DNA from: Candidatus Nomurabacteria bacterium
GTDB lineage: Bacteria; Patescibacteriota; Minisyncoccia; Phycocordibacterales; UBA9973
Assembly (NCBI GenBank): GCA_016699085.1
Contig: CP064958.1
Span: forward strand, 345,375-409,374
DNA: 64,000 nucleotides
Direction: 5' to 3'
Below are positions 35,287 through 45,862 of this stretch, in pieces. The notes beneath the pieces are model-generated. The model worked only from the letters and a program-made list of their open reading frames with translations, had not been told where the DNA came from and did not search any database. Made by a program: the position numbers and the translations under genes. Position 1 is the stretch's first letter; each line of letters begins with the position of its first letter.

Positions 35287-35401
35287 GGACTAAGTGTAAC
35301 ATAATTAGCAGTTGTGCTTGTGGCTATTTGTAATATCCACACATATCCTTGTCTATAGATAGGTAACATACTATTATTTACTCATACATTAATCTTACCT
35401 C

Positions 35402-37783
35402 ATGAACTTTCTCAATAATCCCGAATACTCGTCTCTTAAAATTATTGCTGTTTTAGTAGTTGTTGCAGGCCTCGGCTTCTTTGTATTTGGCAAAGAAAAC
35501 TCAGGTAACCTTGCTCGCATCTTTAATGATAATAGCCGGATCGAAACAGCAAAAAACACTAATCCCACCCAAGGAGAGGGTGACCCCCAATTCTTCTCCT
35601 CTCCCACCATAGTCTCCATCATCCCAAACGTGGGTCCCACTACAGGTGGAGCTCTCGTCACCATCACTGGTACGAGCTTCTCTCCTGACATCACCGCTAC
35701 CCTCGACTCTCTGCCATGTACTGACCTCTCCTATGTCAGCGACACAGAAATCAAATGCAAAACACCCCCACACTCCATTGACCTAGTAGACGTCACCATC
35801 ACAGAAGCCACTGGTACTGCTACTCTCACAGATGGGTATCAGTACATTGATGCTCCAGTGACAGCAGGGAGTGGAGGAATATTCAACAATCAGGGAGGGG
35901 TGCTTTCGACTGGTGGTACTACTTCCACGAGTTCCAAGAAGCCTAAGGTTTCCTTCGAATCAGACAAAGGCATTCACGAAGAAGCCGGTACCTTCACCGT
36001 CACTGCTACGCTCTCTTTCACCTCCAACGATCCTGTCACCGTACCCTTCACCATCGCAAGCACCAGTACTGCCCTCAACCCTGCCGACTATTCCTTGATC
36101 TCCGCCAATCCACTCATCATTCCCGCCAACGAACTATCAGGAAGTATTTCTTTCAAAGTCCTCAACGACTCTTCTTACGAAAACGATGAATCAGTCATGC
36201 TTACCATGGGAACACCAGTCAACGCTACTTCTGGTGACACCACTCACACAACTATGATCGATGACAATGATGTGCCGCCGACGGTGTCGTGGGTGCTTGC
36301 CTCACAAACAGGCAATGAGAACGTGGGGACGATGAAAGTGGAAGCGAAGTTGTCATTTCAAGTTGGAGTACCGGTCACTGTACCGTTTACATACATTGGT
36401 ACCGGAGGTACGGCTTCAACTCCCGCCGACTACACCATGTCAGCCAGTCCTATTATTATTCCTGCCAATACACCATCATACTTCACAACCATCAACGTCG
36501 TCTCTGACCCATATCCTGAAGGCAATGAAACCGTCGTTGTGAAAATGGGAACACCAACCAATGCCACTCCCGGAAACATCACAACCCACACAGCGACGAT
36601 TACAGATGCGCAGCCGCCATGTAAGATCACTTCTTTCAATGCGAATCCAACTTCGATTGGAAGTGGAGCATCCTCAATACTTTTTTGGACGACAGGGTAT
36701 TGTACTAGTACATCAATTGATCAAGGAATAAATATTGTGACGCCCGTATCGGGGGGATCGGTTAACACTCCTCCACTAGTAGAAACAACAACTTTTATAT
36801 TGACTGCGTCTTCAGCAATTAATACTGTGACAGCGCAAGTAACTGTCGAGGTAGTAGGTTGTGGATGGCAGTTCGTATTAGATACCCATCCTTCAGAGAT
36901 TGATTGGTATAGAGTGGCAATGTCTGCAGATGGATCAAGGATTGCAGCAGTCGCTTATGATACCCCTTTTGGCCCTTCTAATCCTGCCTATATCTACACT
37001 TCAAGTGATAGTGGTGTCACTTGGGTACAACAAACAAATTCTGGAACGGGCTATTGGCAATCCATTGCAATGTCTGCAGACGGAATGAAGATTGTAGCAA
37101 TAAAAAATAGTAATTATGTTTTCACTTCCATTAATGGTGGAGTTACTTGGGCTTACACCCAAAATCCTCTTTGGAATTCTCTGCAATCCATCACCTCTTC
37201 TGCCGACGGCACAAAGCTTGCAGTGGCAGATTTTGGGGGATATATTTATACTTCTACTAATGGTGGTTCCAGTTGGGTCCAGCGAATAAATTCTGGAATA
37301 GGTAGTTGGTATTCCATCGCTTCTTCTGCTGACGGCACAAAACTTGCGGCAGTAAGAGAAAATGGATACATTTATACCTCAAGTGATAGTGGTTTTACGT
37401 GGACTCAACAAACAAATTCTGGAACGGGTCTATGGCGCTCCATCGCTTCTTCTGCTGACGGCACAAAACTTGCGGCAGTCATGGAAGGTGGTTATATTTA
37501 TACATCTACAAATAGTGGGGCAACTTGGACAAAACAACTTGGAGCGGGACATCATGACTGGTTGTCGATCGCTTCTTCTGCTGACGGCATAAAGCTTGTT
37601 GCGGCAGATCGATGGTTGAGTCCAATCGCCGGCGGAGATGTTCATACTTCTACTGACGGAGGTGTAACCTGGAAAACTCATGAATGTATTAGTGGTCATC
37701 ATTGGGAAGCCGTAGCTTCCTCTGCTGATGGTTCGAAATTGGTAGGCGTTTGTAATGTAGGGCATGTTCATACAACCTACTAA
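35402..37783 (+). CDS. surface protein with IPT/TIG domain and BNR (Asp-box) repeat beta-propeller
   Basis: TM anchor; IVSIIPNVGPTTGGALVTITGTSF (IPT); at least six S-x-D/N-x-G-x-T/S-W repeats (SSDSGVTWVQ, SINGGVTWAY, STNGGSSWVQ, SSDSGFTWTQ, STNSGATWTK, STDGGVTWKT). Confidence 0.6.
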   Translation: MNFLNNPEYSSLKIIAVLVVVAGLGFFVFGKENSGNLARIFNDNSRIETAKNTNPTQGEGDPQFFSSPTIVSIIPNVGPTTGGALVTITGTSFSPDITATLDSLPCTDLSYVSDTEIKCKTPPHSIDLVDVTITEATGTATLTDGYQYIDAPVTAGSGGIFNNQGGVLSTGGTTSTSSKKPKVSFESDKGIHEEAGTFTVTATLSFTSNDPVTVPFTIASTSTALNPADYSLISANPLIIPANELSGSISFKVLNDSSYENDESVMLTMGTPVNATSGDTTHTTMIDDNDVPPTVSWVLASQTGNENVGTMKVEAKLSFQVGVPVTVPFTYIGTGGTASTPADYTMSASPIIIPANTPSYFTTINVVSDPYPEGNETVVVKMGTPTNATPGNITTHTATITDAQPPCKITSFNANPTSIGSGASSILFWTTGYCTSTSIDQGINIVTPVSGGSVNTPPLVETTTFILTASSAINTVTAQVTVEVVGCGWQFVLDTHPSEIDWYRVAMSADGSRIAAVAYDTPFGPSNPAYIYTSSDSGVTWVQQTNSGTGYWQSIAMSADGMKIVAIKNSNYVFTSINGGVTWAYTQNPLWNSLQSITSSADGTKLAVADFGGYIYTSTNGGSSWVQRINSGIGSWYSIASSADGTKLAAVRENGYIYTSSDSGFTWTQQTNSGTGLWRSIASSADGTKLAAVMEGGYIYTSTNSGATWTKQLGAGHHDWLSIASSADGIKLVAADRWLSPIAGGDVHTSTDGGVTWKTHECISGHHWEAVASSADGSKLVGVCNVGHVHTTY

Positions 37784-37842
37784 AGACTTCTAGGAATACT
37801 GCCTGTAAAATAATTAAAAATTACTAATTACAAATTGAAATC

Positions 37843-38193
37843 GTGAACACTACACACAAAATAATTCTTGTCATCATTTTTCTTACAGTCATTGTAGGTG
37901 GAGCGTTGTACTTGGATAAAAATAAAAAAGAAGAGATAGTAAATCCATATGCTGATTCGGTTGTTACTACTACCATTCTCACCAATCCTGACGGTACATT
38001 TGGTTACGACATTTTGATCGATGGCAATATCTATGTGCATCAGCCGACCAAGCCTGCTGTCGGTGGCAATGTTGGCTTTGCGACCGAAGCCGAAGCAAAG
38101 CAGGTTGCTGACTTGGTTATTTCTAAAATCAAAAACAATATTTTACCACCAAGTGTAACATCTGAAGAAATTACAAATTTTGTAATTGATTAA
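37843..38193 (+). CDS. small membrane hypothetical protein
   Basis: N-terminal TM IILVIIFLTVIVGGALYL; followed by terminator 38207-38235. Confidence 0.4.
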   Translation: MNTTHKIILVIIFLTVIVGGALYLDKNKKEEIVNPYADSVVTTTILTNPDGTFGYDILIDGNIYVHQPTKPAVGGNVGFATEAEAKQVADLVISKIKNNILPPSVTSEEITNFVID

Positions 38194-38206
38194 TTTCGAA
38201 ACAAAT

Positions 38207-38235
38207 CAAAAAATCCCGCTGTGGCGGGATTTTTT
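38207..38235. terminator. bidirectional terminator
   Basis: AAAAAATCCCGC-tgtg-GCGGGATTTTTTG. Confidence 0.8.
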
Positions 38236-38248
38236 GATTTGTTCTAAT

Positions 38249-39937
38249 TTATTCAACTGTAACTGTATAGATAAAAGGTTCCGATACAACGTTTGAACTA
38301 GTATTTTTTGCCGTAAGAACTGCATTGTAGGTTCCGGCCGCAGTGCCTTTGGGAATAATTATGTTAAATGACTGGGTAGCGTATTTACTTGCAACAACAT
38401 TTAGATCTTTTGAATATGATCCTGCATATTCTGTATAATTTTGATAAATAAGCGTCGGTGACGGGGAAGTCATAGTTAGTGTAAAGGCTTGCGTTCCACA
38501 TAAATATGGATTGCTATTCGTTTCATTGAATTGGACATACACCATTTGCCGGTCGAGATCAACTTTTGATTTCGGTATTGTAATATGTGAAAGGTCGCCC
38601 CAGATGACTGTGTTGGGACCTTTTTGGCTGTTATTTTCTTTGACTGACCAGTATGAAGACATGACTGGGGATGTGACTGTCGAAGCGGTGCATGAAGTAG
38701 GAGTTGCCAAATCAACGGAAAATGAAATTGATCCATCGCCACCTTTTTGAACGTTACTAAGGGTAAGCCCATATAATGGATCAGAAAAACTTGTTTCTTT
38801 GCCGAGTGTGTAGTCTTTCATATCATCACCAAAGGCATGCTCACTTGGATTTGCGTCGAGAATATATGTTTGACCGTAATCGATTCGAGATAAAGTGAGC
38901 CCAAAGGGTGAAAACTGACTGAGTGACTTATTAAATCCAACCGGAGCATGGTACTCAAGGGTGTAGGGAGTAGTAATGGTTGTGCCATCTTGTGCGGTAA
39001 CTGCAATCTTGATGAGTCGAGTGCCAGTACGAGACTCAACTGGTTTGAGAGTATATACTCCAGAAGTCGTAACAGTCATAACGTCTTCGTCAGGTAGCCA
39101 TCCTAAAGCGTTTCTTGCAAATGCACTTAAGCCGAGTGAATAGCTTGAATTGCCCATGATATCGAAATTGTTTCCAGTTTCAATTTTTACACAATCAGTG
39201 ATTTTGTCCTTAATTGTCGTGTTGCCGCAATCATAGCCGTTGGCGTGATCGAGTCCAAATAAATGACCAACTTCATGGATCATGACGCGTTCGAGGCCTG
39301 TCTGTTCTGGAGTAAATGTACTCCACAGATTTTCGTACCACCAAGAGCTTCCCATACCTGCAGCAATATTTGTGCCTAGTTGTGCAAGTCCATTGAAACC
39401 AGGATAGTCTGAGCAATTGTGTAGGATAAATGTATAGTCGTAGGTTTCGAGGTTGATGCTATTTTCCGAAATGTAATTTGCAAGCGCTGTACCAGGAATA
39501 ATGCTTGCAGATGTATTGAAATCACATTCACTTGAGTCTATTGGTTCTGTAATCCATCCATAGACATCACCTCCGAAAACTATATCTCCATAGGAAGCCT
39601 GCTTAAAAAACTTTGCGAAATTGCCGCTAAATATTTTCTCAGTTGCTTCTGAAGGTGTAAATGGATTTTGAGTCGAGTCAGTATAATTAACAAGAAAAAC
39701 GGCAAGTGTTTTAGTCACTACAGCTGCTTTCTGTTCATCGTTTTTAATTACGTTTACAAAACTTGTGGTTGAGATAGGAATATAAGAACCTATGCCATTT
39801 TTTGGAGTATTGTTTTCTACGGGAGAATTAACTGGATTCTTAATAGCATGCACGCTACTGCCAGTTACAAGAATGATAATAACTAAAATAGAGATACAAG
39901 TTTTGGCAAACAAAGAAAATACTGAACGTTTTTGCAT
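38249..39937 (-). CDS. secreted zinc metalloprotease (metzincin-type HEXXHXXGXXH)
   Basis: signal peptide; VMIHEVGHLFGLDHANGYDC matches the metzincin extended zinc-binding motif; 562 aa. Confidence 0.65.
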   Translation of the reverse strand: MQKRSVFSLFAKTCISILVIIILVTGSSVHAIKNPVNSPVENNTPKNGIGSYIPISTTSFVNVIKNDEQKAAVVTKTLAVFLVNYTDSTQNPFTPSEATEKIFSGNFAKFFKQASYGDIVFGGDVYGWITEPIDSSECDFNTSASIIPGTALANYISENSINLETYDYTFILHNCSDYPGFNGLAQLGTNIAAGMGSSWWYENLWSTFTPEQTGLERVMIHEVGHLFGLDHANGYDCGNTTIKDKITDCVKIETGNNFDIMGNSSYSLGLSAFARNALGWLPDEDVMTVTTSGVYTLKPVESRTGTRLIKIAVTAQDGTTITTPYTLEYHAPVGFNKSLSQFSPFGLTLSRIDYGQTYILDANPSEHAFGDDMKDYTLGKETSFSDPLYGLTLSNVQKGGDGSISFSVDLATPTSCTASTVTSPVMSSYWSVKENNSQKGPNTVIWGDLSHITIPKSKVDLDRQMVYVQFNETNSNPYLCGTQAFTLTMTSPSPTLIYQNYTEYAGSYSKDLNVVASKYATQSFNIIIPKGTAAGTYNAVLTAKNTSSNVVSEPFIYTVTVE

Positions 39938-40109
39938 ATATGATGAATTGCCTATAGGGCTGGTCTTAATCGGTTAATAATAATTATTATAATATATTTT
40001 CCAGAAAATGCAATAGGTGACGAGTAGATGTTCTAATAGCTTCATGTTTGTATATTTTCCAAATAGAAAAACAAAAAATTTTTATTTTGCATATGCTACA
40101 ATCTTCTCT

Positions 40110-41765
40110 ATGAAAACTACAGATCTAATTGATCTTCTACTAGAAAAACGCGGTATTACTGGTGTGCAAGATAAAGAAATGTTTCTGCATCCTTCATATG
40201 AGCGCGGTATGCATGACCCCATGCGAATGAAAAATATGGAACGTGCAGTGGTACGGCTCTATGAAGCTATTGAAGCAAAACAAAAAATTGTTATTTATGC
40301 TGACTATGACTGTGATGGTATTCCGGGTGCGGTAATGATGCATGATCTCCTAACCAAAATCGGTTACACGAATTTTTCTATTTATATTCCAGACCGACAA
40401 GATGAAGGATATGGACTCCATATGGATGCGATTAAACAATTTATTATCGAGAAAGTTGATTTACTAATTACGATCGATTTAGGGACGACCGCTGTCGCTG
40501 AAGTTGCCGAAGCTCAAGCAAATGGTATCGATGTCATCATTACAGACCATCACCTGCCGCACGGCGATCTGCCGAAAGCATTTGCCCTGCTTAATCCAAA
40601 GCAGGAAGGCGATACATATCCATATCCTATGCTTGCAGGTTCTGGAGTTATTTTTAAGTATATCCAAGGGTTTCTTTTTAAATATAGAGAATATTACAAG
40701 ATTCCAAATGGTTTTGAGAAATGGCTGCTTGATATGGCTGGACTTGCAACACTCGCTGATATGGTGCCCTTAACTGGGGAAAATCGAGTGATTGCATATT
40801 ACGGACTTATGGTTTTACGCAAATCAATGCGCCCAGGACTACGTGCACTTTTTTCACATCTTAAAATTGACCAGCGACATCTGGCTGAAGATGATATTAC
40901 ATTTATGATTACCCCTAGGTTGAATGCCGCATCTCGTATGGATTCTCCAATGCGAGCATTTGAACTTCTATCCGAAACTGATAAAACTAAAGGCAACTTG
41001 CTTGCATTACATCTTTCGAAAATTAATGATGAGCGTAAAGTGTTAGTTGCTCAAATTATGAAAGATGCCTATAAACATTTGGAAAAGCGCGATCTAGGTC
41101 AAGTTATTGTGATAGGGAATCCTTCCTGGCGTATTGGTGTGCTTGGTCTTGTTGCGGGCAAGCTCTGTGAAGTATACAAGCGACCAGTCTTTGTCTGGGG
41201 AAGAGAAAGTCATGACGGGTCAACGACACTCAAAGGCTCATGTCGAAGCGATGGTAGCATAAGCGTTGTAGAACTCATGCAGGCAAAAGAGTCTCTCTTC
41301 CTTCATTTTGGTGGACACGAAGCATCAGGTGGATTTTCTCTGGAAGAAGCAGGGATTCATTTTCTTGAAGAACATTTAACAAAAAGCTATCTCTCACTTG
41401 CGAAAGATACCTCAGAATCGAACGTGGTCTATGATGCGCAATTGGCTGTATCAGATATAACATCCAAAATGCATACAACACTCGCAGAGCTTGCGCCGTT
41501 TGGCTGTGAAAACCGTAAGCCTACGTTCTTGTTTTCTGGAGTAATAGTAGAGCGTGTACGGCAATTTGGTAAAGAAAAAAATCATTTAGAACTACACGTT
41601 AGTGATGGTAAACGTAGTATAAAAGCTATAGCTTTTTTTACAACAGCAGATACTTTTGATGTAAGTATTACAGAAGGTTCGTGTATTGATCTGGTGGCGA
41701 CTGTTGAACTCTCGTATTTTGGTGGTCAGTCAGAATTACGCTTACGAATAGTTACTATCCAATAA
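40110..41765 (+). CDS. recJ: single-stranded-DNA-specific exonuclease RecJ
   Basis: DHH motifs (IYADYDCDGIPG, ITDHH), DHHA1 domain (GGHEASGGFS); start at 40110 (MKTTDLIDLL), track ORF is 5'-extended. Confidence 0.85.
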   Translation: MKTTDLIDLLLEKRGITGVQDKEMFLHPSYERGMHDPMRMKNMERAVVRLYEAIEAKQKIVIYADYDCDGIPGAVMMHDLLTKIGYTNFSIYIPDRQDEGYGLHMDAIKQFIIEKVDLLITIDLGTTAVAEVAEAQANGIDVIITDHHLPHGDLPKAFALLNPKQEGDTYPYPMLAGSGVIFKYIQGFLFKYREYYKIPNGFEKWLLDMAGLATLADMVPLTGENRVIAYYGLMVLRKSMRPGLRALFSHLKIDQRHLAEDDITFMITPRLNAASRMDSPMRAFELLSETDKTKGNLLALHLSKINDERKVLVAQIMKDAYKHLEKRDLGQVIVIGNPSWRIGVLGLVAGKLCEVYKRPVFVWGRESHDGSTTLKGSCRSDGSISVVELMQAKESLFLHFGGHEASGGFSLEEAGIHFLEEHLTKSYLSLAKDTSESNVVYDAQLAVSDITSKMHTTLAELAPFGCENRKPTFLFSGVIVERVRQFGKEKNHLELHVSDGKRSIKAIAFFTTADTFDVSITEGSCIDLVATVELSYFGGQSELRLRIVTIQ

Positions 41766-41791
41766 AAAAATGCCCACAAGGGGCATTTTTT
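41764..41791. terminator. bidirectional terminator
   Basis: AAAAAAATGCCC-acaa-GGGGCATTTTTT. Confidence 0.8.
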
Positions 41792-41804
41792 ATTTACTTC
41801 GTTT

Positions 41805-42365
41805 TTATTGAAGTGAAGATTGGATGTTTGAGTTAAATTCAACTGAATTTGGGAGGATACTGTTTACAGGATTTGTTGAAATTACAGCGTCTGCTTTTAC
41901 ATCAGCCTTAATGCTTTCAAAGAAAGCTTTTTCTTGTGCATGAAGGGCCTTTGCTGCAGTTAGGAAATCTTTAATGGCAGTAACAGCTTCTTTGAGTGCA
42001 ACTTTTGCATTCTCTGTAGATTGACCATTTTGATATGCACTGACTGAAGTTTGGAAAGCTAAGATTTTTGCCTTTGCAATATCATGTTTAACAATAACCT
42101 GATCAAGCTTAGCATTGTACATACTCATGTCGTGACCGCGAGCTTGGAGTTTCTGATTGATTTCTCGTAGGTGGTTTACAGCGTTATCCATGCGTGTCAT
42201 GTACTCACTGAGTCTTTCTCGGACAGACATAATTCTATCTGAAGTGCTCATAGTTGCTCGTGCGTTTGTATCTACTGTTGTAACAGCAAATGTTGGTGCA
42301 ATACCTGCAAACATAAGCATTGATAAAGCGATAGTACTAATAAGAATTTTTTTTGTGTTTTTCAT
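41805..42365 (-). CDS. secreted alpha-helical hypothetical protein (paralog of 42856-43284)
   Basis: signal peptide MKNTKKILISTIALSMLMFAGIAPTFA; helical/coiled-coil composition. Confidence 0.45.
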   Translation of the reverse strand: MKNTKKILISTIALSMLMFAGIAPTFAVTTVDTNARATMSTSDRIMSVRERLSEYMTRMDNAVNHLREINQKLQARGHDMSMYNAKLDQVIVKHDIAKAKILAFQTSVSAYQNGQSTENAKVALKEAVTAIKDFLTAAKALHAQEKAFFESIKADVKADAVISTNPVNSILPNSVEFNSNIQSSLQ

Positions 42366-42519
42366 AAAGTAATAATTACGGTAATAAATGACAGGATCAC
42401 TGTCAGAGGGCTTTCTAAGCCTCTCGCCTAGTATGACGTATCATCCTCTAAATAGTGACACTCCCATATAAAGCAATAAAATCCAGGCATCAGCCTGGAT
42501 TTTATTGGGGCAACTCTTA

Positions 42520-42780
42520 TTAGAGCCCTTGGTCAATATTGGTTGTATCAATACTATTGAGATCATTGCTTGCACTGTTAAAGTCAGCATCCAATTGCGC
42601 ATCTGTGCTTGCGCCATTTGTAGTGTCAGATGGATAGGTATTTGTCATGTCAGCATTATATGGAGTAACTGCGTTTTGATTTGTATTTTTAACAATAAAG
42701 TAAACACCAATCAAAATAACAACTGCTACTAAAACCCAAATAATTGCGTTGCCTCTTTGTGAACGATTTGTTTGTGACAT
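42520..42780 (-). CDS. small membrane hypothetical protein
   Basis: TM IIWVLVAVVILIGVYFIV then N/T/D-rich tail; terminator hairpin 42477-42503 downstream. Confidence 0.35.
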   Translation of the reverse strand: MSQTNRSQRGNAIIWVLVAVVILIGVYFIVKNTNQNAVTPYNADMTNTYPSDTTNGASTDAQLDADFNSASNDLNSIDTTNIDQGL

Positions 42781-42855
42781 AGGTAGAGATGAAATATATA
42801 ATCTTTTAGTTTATATATTTCAGAAATTAATATATTAATAATTGTTACCTTTTTA

Positions 42856-43284
42856 TTATTCTACAGTGACGGGATTACTAGCTCGATATGCCTCTAGCGC
42901 AGTTTTTAAATAATCTCGAACAGTTGCTACTGTTTGTTTCAAATCAATAAAATCGTTTTTAACTTTTATCACCTGAGCTCTCATTTCTGGTGTAAAAGCT
43001 GTTGCAGTGCCAAACATTGCCTTGAGTGTATCAATATCAGCTTTAAGTGTTGCTCGCTTTGCTACAGCTGTCTGTAGAAGATTTTGTGCTTGTGTAACAT
43101 CTCGTCCGCTTGCTTGCGCTCTTGTAATAAGATCGTCAAAACGGTCCATGACAGTTGCCATGCGGCTGTACATAGACTCAATACGATTACTAAGATCTGC
43201 TGGGGTAATAGTCGCTGCAAATGCCTGTGTTCCTGCAAACATGATAGTAAGTGCCAATGCGCCTACAAGGATTTTATTTTTCAT
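42856..43284 (-). CDS. secreted alpha-helical hypothetical protein (paralog of 41805-42365)
   Basis: signal peptide MKNKILVGALALTIMFAGTQAFA; same architecture as 41805-42365. Confidence 0.45.
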   Translation of the reverse strand: MKNKILVGALALTIMFAGTQAFAATITPADLSNRIESMYSRMATVMDRFDDLITRAQASGRDVTQAQNLLQTAVAKRATLKADIDTLKAMFGTATAFTPEMRAQVIKVKNDFIDLKQTVATVRDYLKTALEAYRASNPVTVE

Positions 43285-43474
43285 AAAAAATATCTATTTT
43301 ATTAGTAATAAGTAAAAATTCTATTAAGAATTTTTATCTGCTGTAATAACGAATGAATATATATATTGTGACAACGATCAATCACTCTATATGCACTTAA
43401 GTATAGCATGTATGCATTCGGCACAATGTGTTTTTGCACATGCTCCTTTTATAATAAAAAGCTATACTTGGAAA

Positions 43475-44185
43475 ATGAAACAAGATATAACGACTGTATT
43501 TACCGATGGATCATCGCGCGGCAATCCTGGTCCTGGTGGCTGGGGGACTGTCGTACTTTATGCTACCGGTATGGTTCGTGAACTCGGCGGTTATGCAGCA
43601 GATACAACAAATAATCGTATGGAACTTACCGCTGCTCATGAAGCATTGTATTTTCTTGAGCAAGAAAAATACGACCGCGAAGTCATTGTCTGTACGGACT
43701 CTACGTATCTACTTAATGGCATTACAGGTTGGGTATTCGCATGGGAGAAAAATGGTTGGAAAACTAAAACAGGTGAGCGAGTTGAAAACCGTGACATTTG
43801 GGAAGCGTTGCTCGGGCTTACCTATCGATTAAGTCGAACAAATAAAATAACCTGGCAAAAAGTAAGTGGTCATCGAGGTGTATTTGGTAATGACCGTGCA
43901 GATTTTATTGCAACATCGTATGCACTTGGTACACCGCCACTTCTCTATAAAGGTTCATTTGATGAATATGTACGGTTATTCGGCAAAGGTGGAGCAAGTG
44001 AGGCAAAAGCACCAAAACGTAAAGGTGAAGCATATGCATATGTTTCACTCGTTGATGGTGCATGCTATTCGGATCAAACGTGGGACGCATGTGAAAAACG
44101 AGTCAAAGGGAAAAAAGGTGCAAAATTCAAAAAAGTGTTTTCTGTTGAAGAAGAGAAGGAGTTGGTAGCACTATGGAGTAAATAG
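43475..44185 (+). CDS. rnhA: ribonuclease HI with ~100-aa Lys-rich C-terminal extension
   Basis: FTDGSSRGNPGPGGWG ... NNRMELTAAHEAL ... VCTDSTYLLNGITGW ... catalytic DEDD context; start at 43475. Confidence 0.8.
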   Translation: MKQDITTVFTDGSSRGNPGPGGWGTVVLYATGMVRELGGYAADTTNNRMELTAAHEALYFLEQEKYDREVIVCTDSTYLLNGITGWVFAWEKNGWKTKTGERVENRDIWEALLGLTYRLSRTNKITWQKVSGHRGVFGNDRADFIATSYALGTPPLLYKGSFDEYVRLFGKGGASEAKAPKRKGEAYAYVSLVDGACYSDQTWDACEKRVKGKKGAKFKKVFSVEEEKELVALWSK

Positions 44186-44323
44186 GATACAATCCTTGAC
44201 TTTTTGCAAAAAATATGTTTATATACAAGAAGACGTAAGAAGGAAACTTCCAGAGCGTCTAATACTTTGAAGCATTAGTGCTTCATTTTTCGTTCATTTC
44301 ACTTTCATAAAAAACAAAAAAAC

Positions 44324-45841
44324 ATGAAGAAAAAACTCTCCATGATTATGATTTGCATTTTCGCAATGACTGTGCAAATTTCATTTGCTCAGGAAGCAGC
44401 TTTCACCGTCAGTAAGGCCAATCCCTGTATGAAGCAGGATTCAGTTATTTTCACCGATCAATCGACTGGTGATATCACCGAATGGTATTGGAGTTTCGGC
44501 GGAGGTACTCCATATAGCCATTATGGCCAAACTCCTCCCAAAATTCATTTTGATTGGGCAGGTAGTCATCAGGTGTGGCTTACCATAACTACAAGTGATG
44601 GATATCAACACCAGACATCCCAATATATAAATGTCAGTGAATTGCCAGCAGCGATGTTGGACCAAAATAATTTAAGTAATAACTGCCCTGGGACAGAAGT
44701 TACATTGTCTTCATCGCAAACTATGGAGAAATTTGAATGGTTCAAAGAGGACTCACTTATTTCCTCTGGTCTTGTAAAAACCATATCCGTAACTGAAACA
44801 GGTGAATACGAGCTTTATGTAACGGATGCAAATGGTTGTCGATCCCAGTATGGAGATGACATATATGTTCCATATTATCAGGAAATGATTGTTATCATGG
44901 ATGGTTGGGGGCCAACAGGCGGAATGGAAAACGGGGAACTAAGTAATTGCTATAGTTCACCTGGAAGTTTGAATGCACAGGTATACAATGCCTGGGCGCA
45001 GCCACTTACCTTTGTATGGAATGGAATTGATACAACATACTATTCAAACTATACACCAACAGGTACGGGTGATTATTCAGTTCAGGTCACTGATCAAAAT
45101 GGCTGCAAAGCAAAATCTGAAACTGTCCATGTAACGACGCATCCAACCCCAATCATTGCAATTAATGCATTGAATGGCACAAGTGCATGTTACGGTGATA
45201 GTCTGTTGTTGACCGTTCCAAATTCCTGGTCCTCATACCAGTGGAATTACGGCTCAACGAATAGTGTCATGTATGCCATGTGGAGTGGAAACTATAGTGT
45301 GACAGTAACTGATATGTATGGTTGCATAGGTATGGATAATATAGATCTAAACTTTATGCAACCACCCCAGGAGCCAAATATTTTTCCGGGTGATGGGTGT
45401 ACACTTGCGACAGATGGAATCGATGGAGTGCAACAGTGGTATGTCAATAATGTTGCTATTGCGAATTCAGATACGCCATACTTATTTATCAATACTTCCG
45501 GTTTTTATACCGTGGAAGTTACGAATACGAATGGTTGTATTTCTGAACGATCCAATCCGTTTTGGGCAAATTGCTCAGTAACAGGAATTTTGGAGCTTCA
45601 ACCAACAATTGAGTTTATGGTGTATCCGAATCCAGCAACAGATGTGATCAATATTTCACTGCCAATTTCGGATGATTATACAGTTGAACTCATTAATATG
45701 GTTGGCCAACATGTTTTTGACTTGCAAAACCAACAAGGTTTGGTAAATGTTCATCGACCAAATATTCCACCTGGTCAGTATTTACTAAAAGTTTCTGACA
45801 AAGATGGAATCAATACAGTGCAGCAAGTGATTTTCAATTAG
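44324..45841 (+). CDS. secreted protein with T9SS-type C-terminal sorting-domain-like tail
   Basis: signal peptide; Cys-rich repeated beta modules; C-terminus MVYPNPATDVINISL ... MVGQHV ... IPPGQYLLKVSDKDGINTVQQVIFN. Confidence 0.6.
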   Translation: MKKKLSMIMICIFAMTVQISFAQEAAFTVSKANPCMKQDSVIFTDQSTGDITEWYWSFGGGTPYSHYGQTPPKIHFDWAGSHQVWLTITTSDGYQHQTSQYINVSELPAAMLDQNNLSNNCPGTEVTLSSSQTMEKFEWFKEDSLISSGLVKTISVTETGEYELYVTDANGCRSQYGDDIYVPYYQEMIVIMDGWGPTGGMENGELSNCYSSPGSLNAQVYNAWAQPLTFVWNGIDTTYYSNYTPTGTGDYSVQVTDQNGCKAKSETVHVTTHPTPIIAINALNGTSACYGDSLLLTVPNSWSSYQWNYGSTNSVMYAMWSGNYSVTVTDMYGCIGMDNIDLNFMQPPQEPNIFPGDGCTLATDGIDGVQQWYVNNVAIANSDTPYLFINTSGFYTVEVTNTNGCISERSNPFWANCSVTGILELQPTIEFMVYPNPATDVINISLPISDDYTVELINMVGQHVFDLQNQQGLVNVHRPNIPPGQYLLKVSDKDGINTVQQVIFN

Positions 45842-45862
45842 CAAGAAAAACACTTACTGCAA

